A stretch of DNA of 64,000 bases, taken from contig NOWV01000287.1 of assembly GCA_003344405.1 (NCBI GenBank), forward strand, positions 1 to 64,000, written 5' to 3'. This DNA comes from Trichoplax sp. H2. Lineage: Eukaryota. The notes below the pieces were generated by a model that was given only the letters and a program-made list of their open reading frames with translations, did not search any database and was not told where the DNA came from. The position numbers were made by a program, and so were the translations under genes. Shown one piece after another: positions 52,901-64,000 of the stretch. Within the stretch, counting starts at the first letter, position 1, and the number at the start of each line of letters is the position of its first letter.

Positions 52901-55900
52901 TGGTCATTGGTAACGATGCCTATGGCAATGCAGCAATTATTCAAGCTAGTAAGAGGAGAATTGAGTGTGATATTGACATTGCAATCATTGACGATGCTAT
53001 TGATTATAAACAACGACCAGGAAATGAAATTAGATCGTAAAAAATATGAAATCAAATCCAAGAAGTTACCATTATCAGCTTTAGATAATATTCCTTATAA
53101 ATTGCGCAATAGTTTATATAATATGAGTAAGATTACATATCTCCTTCCTTATCCTCAGGTTAGACTACCAAAACGGAATTCATCGAAGGATAATGCTATT
53201 TACGCATGCATGATTTTACACGATTATTTATCTATCGAATTAGGACCACTGTTCTACTTTATTTTGAAATAAAGATATCCGTTTAGATTTTATTGGGTAG
53301 AAAGTGAACAATTTTATTACAAGTTTATTATGTCATAGTTGGCGCAACTGTTTATTGCCAGTCAATGTTTTTGCCTACCATTCGAATTGAAAGATAATTC
53401 AATCATCTATTCATTATCTATTGCTTTTCAGCTGGATTGATACTTTCACATTTACTGTCTCGATTTCTTATCGATCTATTTTCCTTTCATTCTATCTAAA
53501 TCTAGATCTGATCAACCTAATTCAATCCTTCCATAAATTGCATTGTAGCAATTCACCAAAATCTAGATTTATTACAAGTGAGAAGTTATGTTGTCAAGAA
53601 AGTGATAACAACTTGGATTGAAGCATATTATACTTCCTATTTCCCACAACCTTTCAGACCATTAATAGCATATTTACTGTTGCTAAGTTCTTAATTTTAA
53701 TTTAAAATTAGATTGAAATATACCAGTAACAAATATGATGTCAAAATTAATAATCATGCCATAAACTTACCCGTTTATAAATTGAGATCTAGCTAAGTAA
53801 TGGCTTTTAATATCAATGGCTACAGGATCAATTTCAATATCCCTTTCTACGGTCTTCATTTTATTAACAATAACTTTCATGATTAGAATAAATTATCTAT
53901 AAGCACTTGTCTTTATTTTTTATCGTTCAGATCTATATCACGCTTAACCTTTATTTCCTGTTATTCATACTATACTATTTCATTGAAGATAAGTGTAACC
54001 ACAATTTACAGTTCAGTCAAATAAATGTAGATATTTTAACTTTTTCCGATTTATTCTCTCTATATTATCGACTCCCAGAAGCCCAGCATTACTATTCTAC
54101 ATTGATGTTACTGTCTTAGTAAATTATTTCCTGTTATTGTATCTGGAAATTTGATGTTACTGTATGTTTTTTCGCTAATATTTTTATGCTAGGCTTTTAG
54201 GCATAATATTGCACAGATTTAATTTTTTCTCTGTCTATGAACTCATACACATTAATAGACATTCTAACAGAAGTTCCGTGTATTGTCTGGTCGAATTCCT
54301 GCGTTTCACATCATTTGGTTAATTAAGTTGCTAACTATCATTAATTGACAAATAGGAGCTAAAATCATGCTGCATGGTACTAGCAATACAATATGCTCCG
54401 ATAGAAAGAATGCGCAACAGTGGCAGCTATCCTGCGAAATATAATCGATACGTTATGTCTAATGTTGCTATATAATACTATGTTGAACTTTCTGCTTAAC
54501 TTGGTAACCCGCTTCTTAGCTTCAAATATTGCATTAATAGCATTTACTTTAAATTTTATCTTAATCATAAGCTGCAATATTTTTGACGAATTTAAAATTT
54601 TCATGAAGGAAACAGAAGGATGATTCTAGACAGTAACATTTAATATACAAAGAATTAACTACCTATCATGATATGTCCTTTTATTGACGACAAGAAGAAA
54701 TCTTCTTAAAAGAATGCCAAAATTTTAGACAATGATTTTATCACGGTCTGTAAAATTGCTGGCATGTTGAAATAAAAGATTTTGCAATACTTGATCAAAT
54801 ATATGAATGAATTTATTAGGAAGAATCATGAAATAATATTCGTGCGGCCATTTAGCAGTTCTATAATATGTCTGCTGGTAGAAAAACCCAGCATATGCAA
54901 TATTTAATAATAAGCAATTTCATAACAAATTTTACTAAAATATTATTTCTTTTCCCACATTGAAAGAAGTGAACGTATCTAGAACAAAGCAGGTTTAATT
55001 TTTATGTATTAAATAATCCAATTATTATAAGTGTTTCAAATAATCTATTAGGAAAGATGCCTGAAAATGGAAGGAAAATTTACATCTATTCAAATATTTA
55101 AAATGATTGCGATTTATAGTTATCAAATCTAAGTTCATCAAGTAAGTCTAATTTTAAAGATTTACAATTAACTTACGACCGAGATTTTGACATAGTAGGT
55201 AATCTGATGTACCTATTATACTTTAATCAGTATCAGCTAGCAAATCTACCTTGTAGCCCACAATAAATTGGACGTACCTTTTAATACTAGTTCTAGTTTG
55301 ATTTGCAGGTACAACTGTGCTTGTTATATCCTACGAGCCATATTCTGATCGATATCTATAATCTCGCGTTAGATGATTAGAGCTAAAAATACATTTATTG
55401 ATTAAATTACGATTTTTAATCCTATCGTAGATTTATGAATTAAATTCTAAGGGAATTGCTTTTACAAAGATAATTATCTTGTATCTTCTAGCAGAGTTAG
55501 CATTAAACATGATATCTACTTTCGGGAAAAATTTCTTTGCGTAGTGATTTGTTACTATGCTTGTTCTCTTTTTTCTTTTAAATCGAAGTTAAATGCAATA
55601 TGGTAATCCTTCCTTCTCCCGAAAATGATAGTGCGCAGTACAATTAAGCAAATTGTAGAGAAAAAGATCGATTAGCATGATTAACTTTCTGTTAGAAGCC
55701 ATTATTGTTGTTCTTTCAAGGATATCGCAACTATTCAATTGTAATTTCCTTCCAACTAGGACAGTAATAGCACGATCTTAATATAATAGCATTAACGTAG
55801 TGTAAGATATGATTTTACGAAATTCTACATAAAATGCGGATATCCAGCTATGGATGTTCACAGAAAATTTGATAATCGTACTTACGACTATAGTTGGCAT

Positions 55901-58900
55901 TTATCCATTGAATTGGAATAAAAAATGGCATTTTACCGCTATTAAGTGATTTCTATTATCTTTAGATTAAGAATCATTCCGGAAAAGCTGGGAAGGATGA
56001 TAATACTTTCTATGCACCTACAAATATTCGTCGATCGTACTTTAAAAGTAATACTTAGATATTCATCTTATCCTAAATGCTAACAATAAATCTTTAGCAG
56101 TCACGATAAATAACTTTCTCATAAGTTAATATAGCTTAAAGCATAATCTCTCCAACAATTTATCATAGCGCACAAATATTTTATGTAAGTTTTACTTCCA
56201 ACATTGCTTGACGCGATAAAAAGTTGGCAGATTTTAATCATTGTACCTTATTTCGTCTACACTTATAAATATCTTTTCCAACGTAGCATAACGTTCAGCA
56301 TTATAAAGACCCATTAGTAATTGAAGATAAAATAAACTACAATACTTTGTTTAATATTTACGAATTATCTATTTTAAGTTTTCGTGTTATCTTATCTCGG
56401 GTTTTAGATTGTATAAATTATTTGAATATAGCACTTGTTCAAAGTTTATATTCTATAATTGTTCAGTGTATGAAGATGATATTTCAGGTTCATAAATTAT
56501 TTTTAATTTGCTAAAGTTAGATAATAAAAGGGTTTAGAAAAAGCGGTAAAACCAATTCAAGTAAAATTGATACCGGAAGCTATTCTTCATTACTTTTAGC
56601 GAAAGCATCGGTACCGATCAAAGTGATTCTAAAATTTGATTTCATCTGTAAACCATAGAGGTTTAATCGATTAATACTTTAAAGTAGTGCAGTCTATTTG
56701 CTTTAGCAAATAAGTAGTGGATTTGGAATATACTATCTGCAAACATACAAATGATTCTACACATTCCTAAGAGGAGTCGAGGCCTGAAATGTTTACGGAT
56801 GGATTACCGTATTATATTGATATAATGCATATAATGTAATACATAAATAGGAAAAATTAAAATTTGATAATTTAACTAATAAAGTAATAATATCTGTTTT
56901 TATATTTATCACGCAAACTAGTTTATTATCGATGATAAATAGGGTTAAGCATAAATCATTCTTCGCTATAATTAACTAAATCTACAGTTTGTTTTACTTC
57001 TTCGTGATGAATAGGACAATCAAGAAATATGATAACCTTAATAAAAGCATACCGTGACTCCATATTAAAACTAAATTTACCTAAAGGATTGCGCCATACC
57101 TTCATGTAATATTACATTATAACATTGCTCATGTTTACAGGAAATGCTTAGTTAGTTCGGACAATAAAAACATGAAAGTTAATGTAGTTTCAAACGCAAA
57201 ACATGCAGTTTCTTTTTTATCATTCTTTGCAGCGCAAAATTACGGATTCAATGTACAAAGTTTAGTTTTCACGTCACATCCTAAGTTCAGCTAGTAATAA
57301 AATAGCATATTTGCGTACATAGCATCCGTGGGATGAACTACTAAATAATGACAAGATAAATCTTACGGAAATACTTATAGTAATTGTAATATTTAAGAAT
57401 ATTTATAGTCTATGGACAGAAAAATTACGGAAGTAAACGTAATCACGTAAGAATTTTAAGACGATGACAAGGCTTAACGGATGACTAACAATTCTTTGTC
57501 GAATTATCGTTGTTTTTCTCCAAGATTTCTTATTAATCACTTTATCATATATTACAAAAAATGAAATGATGCAAGAAGCGATCAATGAAAATATTATGTC
57601 ATAGTTAGCAAAATATATCTTAATATTGTAGATATTGTCAAATTTTATAGTTTAATTGCCTACATAATTCGATTTTGATGATACCGGTTTGAAGTTGAAA
57701 TTTTTTATAGATGGTAGTAAGATAGTCTGTAAACTAAAGAAATTCATTGATAGAGTGATTTTTGCGCTCGAAAATAAGATCACATGATTTGAAAAATAAC
57801 GCGAACAAAATCGGAAAGCGTTAGCGTAAACTAATACTTTACATGTGAGAGTAGATGGTATCTTACAATAATAGTTTGTACTTTACTGAAGCTGCTCATT
57901 ACGAGAATAAAGAAAAATATTTAATTTTAAGCAATTGGTATGAAATTTTTGTACTTTTATATTTTAACATCGATTTGACAGTAATTTATCACTAATCATG
58001 CGTTGCTTTAGTATCGTCAAAGCTATACAATTAGTCACATTTATGAAAGGCTATAATAGTATTAATTATTATGATCGATTAGTCGTTAATGATTTTCGCC
58101 GACTTATCGTATTATTATTAATGGCTAACATTGATCTGTTTCCTTAATACAAGGAAAAGAAGATAGATTTTAGTTTAAGGCTTGAAATGCTAATAAGATA
58201 CCCTATAGAATCACTCCAGTATTGAATATTTCTGCAAGATTTCATGAATTTGGATGAATGTAAGTATTCGGTAGATTTCGCCTTGTCATTAAAATTGCAG
58301 CCAAAATTAGAAATGTACTGGCAATCTAAGCTAGAATGGTATTTTACACAAAAAATAATGGCAATTTAATAGGTAAACTCAAAATGCACTACAATATTTC
58401 TTCTTATTATTATTGGGGAATTATGTCATTGCGAACAGACAATATTGAAAGCTATCATAGAAGACATACATATGAAAAGCAAATAACTTACCTAGAGGCT
58501 AATTATGCAGTTTACTCTAGTACCAGTTATAAGATTTCAGTTAGATTAGTTAGTTGCTGGTATACGTAGGTTTTACTGGTGTCTTAAATATAATGAATGA
58601 TTTAAAAGAGATGGAGGTAAAAATACTGTAATTCAATTTTACATACTATACTAAGCCACTCCGGAGATTTAAAATTATTATATGGCACCTTCGATACGCA
58701 GTGTTAGGGAAAATTTGACACAATGTATTTACAATCAATCTGATACAGCGTCTGTTACTAAGAATTTTAAATGATGCTTTATTAGAGAAGCTATTGGAAA
58801 GAATACAGCTATTAATCGTAAAGCAATTGCTAGATTGGATGTTTATTGATATTTAACAAATCAAAATTTTTGATTGTGTATCGGCATCTGTGTGGTTGTA

Positions 58901-61294
58901 TCGTCGTTGTGCCTATACAGACGACTTTGCCTGCTGTATCTAAGCCAAATTTGAATTTCTATCGATATCTAGTCAGGCGTAAGCCTTATTGAGTCTAAAT
59001 TTAACATAGAATGGTTTCCGAACAAGCTGATTGGAGTCATAGAAATATCCGCTTATCTCGTTGAAGTGACACGAATTTTAATAAGAATTATTCATTTCTA
59101 ATCTAGTTGATAGCTAAGAATATAAGTTTTAATCGTGGTAATGGGCATAATTGCCACCTTAATATTTTTAATCTATCTAAATGAAAACAAATGCAATGTT
59201 GAACAGAAAGTTAAGAAAATCTTCAGAATTCAATTACATCAATCGTAGATTTGTAAATAGTAAAAAATTTTCAATATTGTATATCCAGCAGAGATGGTTC
59301 GATAGGGAATCTCACGAAATGGTATGAAATTGATTAATGGTGTTAATTTTAAATATGTACTATCGTAGTATTCATCACTTTTTATTTATTTTACCGACGT
59401 GTAAGGAAAGTACGATATTTCCTAGAATTTTGCATTTATTATGCTTCGTAGGAATCTACTAGATTACCTAGCATTTTCTGTTGACGTCCTCGCTACCGAT
59501 ATTCGAGCACATCATACTATACTACATCTACAAACTTGACTACGATAGCTGTCTGGGTTGAGCAATCTCCACTGACATTCTAACCATTTTGATTAGTGGT
59601 AATCCTAATGAGGGCAATAAATATAGGTGGATTTATAATAGATGGTATTAAAATATTTATCCCTATTGAATTCAATGAGAGTTAGAGAGTAGATATTGCT
59701 TTAGTGGTATTCCGTGAAGCGAGAACTACTATGAGTGGGATCTAAATTACGGTCGATCGAATGATATTATCAATTCTTCCGTCACTTTATGCTTTATAAT
59801 AATTAATTAACGACAGATTTATGAACTATTTCTTGTCGATAGAAATCATTGATGGTAAAATACAGAAAAGGTAACGTTACAATTATGAAATATTGAAGAA
59901 TGAGATATGAAATTATATTTTTCAGCTTTATTTTAATACTAGTAAATTTTCTCATCGATATTACGTCAAGAAACTGTTAAATTTATTCGGCAGCTACGCT
60001 CATCACGAAATTGACTTTAAATTTACGCGTTTACCTTTACTGTTTTTATTTCATCAAGAATGCAAATACTAATGAAATACAGGTTCCGATATTATTAACA
60101 TACAGATAATCTGAATATATTTAACTGAACTTTCACACGATTAAATTTAAAGTCTTATTTTATTATCACCCGTATAGAGTATAAATTCTAGGTAATAGAA
60201 TAAGTACGTGTCACAAACCAGCTTCGTGACAAGGATAACGTAAAACAAATCTCTAAATTACTATTGTCTCCGGGATTCAGTATCCCTTAACTACCTCACA
60301 AGAATTTAGACGTCTTTGATTCTACGTTAAACTCAACTAGACAATTGAGAACTACTTTATTCAACTATCTGAAGGGCTTATATACCCTGCTACAGCAGCT
60401 AACATTCACGAGTTATCTACTAACTAATTTTTCACAGTCGCAATACAATATGTCCATTCACAGAATCATTTCAGTACACATTACAGCACAGCATTAAATT
60501 TACTGTAACAAATTTATAATTAGAGTAATTCCTATTGTAAGTAACTAGTTGTAATATAATATCACTATATTATCTTAACCAAATTTAGATAGCTATTTCT
60601 TCACGGTAGTTCGTACCGTGACAGTACGATATAATATTCGTTTCTAATACTGATAGCTTATACGAGCATATTAAAATTTTTATCCTTTAAAAACGTTTTC
60701 CTTACAGAGCATGGCATAGTATTAATATAATATTTTTGCCATATTGTATTCGCGTGGTGTAAATGTATAATGAAACCGGTACAATGATATGATTTATCGC
60801 ATTAACAGATAGTAGTATGTCTAGTAACCATCTTTGCCTGTACTAATACTATCAATTCCTGGATAAAGGCTATGATACACTACTGGTTACTTTTAAGGTT
60901 AGCACATGCTAAAATCGTAAATGCTATTTCCTACTTTTTTACGATGAAGACAATACATATGCACAATTTTTAAATTTCAGTGCATTAATAATTAATGTTT
61001 GTTTATGACCTTGAGAATAAAGTAATTTCTAACATTTTCGAGGCTTTGAGGTTCCCGAAGGCAGATATTCAAATTAGTAGCTTACTTATGCGATAACCAT
61101 ACCACTTTTATACAATAAATGCTTTGCAAAATCAACTTACTATAAGGTATGCAAGTAAAAACGTTGATTATCGAAATTAGAAAAATTTCCATTCTTTAAA
61201 TTAAGCCTTATTAATTCAACACTAACTTAGAAGCTACATAACATAGTTTGTAAATCATAAGTTATATTACACTTTTCAACTGAAAACCAACAGC

Positions 61295-61728
61295 GAAATC
61301 AACTCTAATGAACTTCGAAAAACTAATAGCATTAAAAGTTGGTATAGCGATATGCTACATTGTTTTCTAACCAAATATGAAACTATACTGCAATTTGCGG
61401 TAGAAAATTTGAAAACATTTAGCTATAAAACCAAATTTTGTTCTTNNNNNNNNNNNNNNNNNNNNGTAGAGCAAAAGTGCTCGTGATAGTGCAGATATCG
61501 TTCCTTGATACGTAGTTCAAGGAATTGACTTATTGATCGTAGATTACGTTATCTTGTTGCAAAGCTGTTTTGTGACAGAAATCAACTCTAATGAACTTCG
61601 AAAAACTAATAGCATTAATAGTTGGTATAGCGATATGCTACATTGTTTTTTAACCAAATATGAAACTATACTGCAATTGGCGGTAGAAAATTTGAAAACA
61701 TTTAGCTATAAAACCAAATTTTGTTCTT
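61295..61728. repeat. 151-bp direct duplication (61295-61445 / 61578-61728) spanning an assembly gap
   Basis: 3 mismatches in 151 bp. The first copy ends exactly at the N-run. Confidence 0.9.
61446..61465. other. Assembly gap (20 N)
   Basis: Run of N. Confidence 1.
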
Positions 61729-62699
61729 TGCATGAATGATTGGTTATTATTTAATGCTTTGCTTGTGGTCATAATACAGGAATATAGATGATATAGTTAG
61801 TTCAAAGCTAATATCAATGCATGTGCTCACCATTAAAATCAAAGGGCATGAGTAACGTTTCTTGCCTCGGATTAGTTTCTATCCTTGCTCTAAGCCGATA
61901 GTTATTGAAACCGTATCAATAAATACAGTTTTCAAGGGTTGTTATGGAAATTTACCACCTGAAATAATAATATATCAACACTGAATTGAAACAATATTAT
62001 TGTAAGGCCTTAACTAGAAAGTCAATATCGTTTAGAATAATGTCTATTATTAGCAATAAAAGAAGTCTGGTAGGCAGGCCGATTCTATGTTGGGGGTAAA
62101 AAATAAAGAAATAAGATTTGTATTGTGCTTTATCTGACGTATTTTTACTATAACTATAGTTCGCATAGTAGTTGAATGAATCTTATTGAATACAAATCAT
62201 GTAAATTATCTTTTCTATCCTTTAGCTTTTCTCAGTCAGTGATTTCTAATGTCTATTACCGTTACGTTTATTTTTATATTCTTTTGTCACATCATCACAA
62301 ATTATCAGACGTTGGAGGACATAAAGCTTCATGGAATTTGCTCATAAATACTAATATTTAAATGGAGAATTCAAAGATAAAAGAGGTAAAATAGAGTATC
62401 TATTGCTTGATTTTACGCTTAATCTGTATTTTGCTATGCGATAACGGCAATTAATATCGCTTACTATGTCTCAGCGATCGATTACATGACAGCAATAATT
62501 TTGATAGAAGTGATGAGTTACTACCAGTCTAATTCATCTATTCTGATACTATTAATCAGGAACATATTTATTTTCGAGGTCTGCTTAATCTATTTCGAAA
62601 TTTTCCTTTAAAGTAAATCAACTCATAAAGAACGCTTTACTAACAGAACGTTGTCATATCATGTTTATCCGTTACATATTCACCTAGGTCATTTTTGTT

Positions 62700-64000
62700 A
62701 TTGACTGTATGTAGCCACTGCAGATGCTTTGCTATTTCAAACGACATTTATTCACCATAATTGATGGTCTAGCTTACGATCGTTAAATATATTTATCGTT
62801 TCCACAGCCTGAGATTAACTTCTCGCTTAATTTAACGTATTAAATTGGACTATACGACCAGATCATGAATTGACTACATGATTCCAAACCCTATTTTGGA
62901 TACTAGCATCCATAAATTAATAAGCTTTACTATACTGATTATATTTTGATTGATTCTTATCAGTGGAGTCGAGAGATTATTGTTATCTTTGAATGTCTGA
63001 AACTAAAATTTAATATCTTAGTAGAATAGATATCCATCAATATATCTAATTACGTGAATAACTAAAAAATTACTATTCCACTTTCAACCATTTCCATCGT
63101 GGCTAATTAATAAATGACTAATTCTGCGGCATAAAGAGTCCATAGCTGCAGATTTAGTAATGTTTTGGCTGAAATATTTAAAATTACTGTGTTGTATCTG
63201 AAACATTTCGTATCAAATAAATGCCATTTGCTTCTAATTTATTCTTGGCAATTTGTACCTTTGGTAGACCATTTGACGAAATCTGATATAATTTCAATTG
63301 ATAAACTGGCATTTTTTATCTTTAGGAAATAGAATCTATCAAAGTTGATAACCATAAAGGTAAATGGAGCCAAGAGATGTTTTTAAAGCAGTTAGAGACA
63401 ATAACAGGTGAACTTTGTACGAATTCATATCAATAATTTCGACGATACATTACTCATCTTTCTGATATCTAATCCTAATAAATCTTGGAAATGTTGATTA
63501 AGTGATTTTATGTACTAATATCATATTATTATATTGCACACTATAGCTTCAAAACTTTCAAACCATGTTGTTAGTCGTTTAAGCTACCAAGAAATTATAG
63601 ACCTCAAATTAGTTTTTGACGCATTTGATATCGATGAAGATAGGTAATATTATTTCCTTCATTAATTGCCTGCTTATCGCATTTGTTAAACTTATTCAAT
63701 TTCTAAATGATCATTAATCATCAACATCTGATAGTCATATCTTCATTATGCGGTTATTATATTTGACTAATCTTTTGGCAATTGTTAGCTATTAAATAAT
63801 GATAATAATTTAAAAATTCTATAAAAGACCTGTGGCTTGTTTGAAGCATTTTGCGATTTAAATTGCTGCATCTATTACATCTCGTAACTCTACAATTATA
63901 CATTCGAATATTGTATTAAACCCATCTTCATTAGAAACATTATTTTCTATTAAAACATTCTCTTAGTGATATCTTTATGATATTAAATTTATAGGGTGAT
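62700..64000 (-). pseudogene. Possible further decayed LRR remnant running off the window end
   Basis: Minus-strand LRR-like strings only (FDTKCFRYNTVILNIS / FSQNITKS, ~63150-63225). No TM motifs seen. Confidence 0.25.

Larger units (their letters stand above)
52880..62600 (+). pseudogene. Decayed multi-exon MAM/LDLa-LRR-7TM receptor, remnant 8 (longest)
   Basis: MAM-like KWSLVT...DIDIAIIDD (52900-52995, across a frameshift). LDLa-like HCSNSPKSRFITSEKLCCQESD (~53540-53610). LRR exons ELALNMISTFGKNFFA (55494), 55966-56036 (..DDNTFYAPTNIRR), KNLDVFDSTLNSTRQLRTTLFNYLKGLYTL (60300). TM1 ..PNMKLYCNWR (~61655), TM2 FVLCMNDWLLFNALLVVI (61720), TM3 MSNVSCLGLVSILALS (61848), ECL2 RNKICIVLYLT (62107), TM6 LRLICILLCD (62413), TM7 LLPV/NSSI across a +1 frameshift (62518-62542). 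Confidence 0.7.

Noticed and set aside
60601..60621. Hairpin tcacggta-gttcg-taccgtga
   Set aside because: An 8-bp stem is expected by chance in 64 kb; no Helitron CTRR end or RNA gene context.
1..64000. tRNA, rRNA, CRISPR arrays, prokaryotic operons
   Set aside because: None seen; the DNA is intron-containing eukaryotic sequence and no repeat-spacer periodicity was found.

Overview
AT-rich eukaryotic (animal) genomic DNA with short GT-AG introns and two 20-N assembly gaps. The style suggests an early-branching metazoan such as a placozoan, which is my inference only. Intact genes: (i) three tandem 12-exon SLC23/NAT (nucleobase-ascorbate transporter) paralogues on the minus strand (3345-7695, 13056-17232, 21786-26141); (ii) a plus-strand spliced gene encoding SAM + ZU5-like/UPA-like + death domain (29915-34277, 5' end unresolved); (iii) a single-exon pogo/CENP-B-type double-HTH protein with poly-Q and an acidic tail but no DDE domain (49029-49886). 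The main hidden signal is that much of the apparently non-coding DNA translates, through stops and frameshifts, into ordered fragments of LRR-containing GPCRs (RXFP/GRL101-like: MAM/LDLa-like, LRR, hinge, 7TM). I count about 8-9 decayed copies, one lying tail-to-tail with each SLC23 gene. SLC23 paralogue 3 has an E-to-Q change at the first residue of the NAT signature motif. All domain calls are by-eye motif recognition, not database results.
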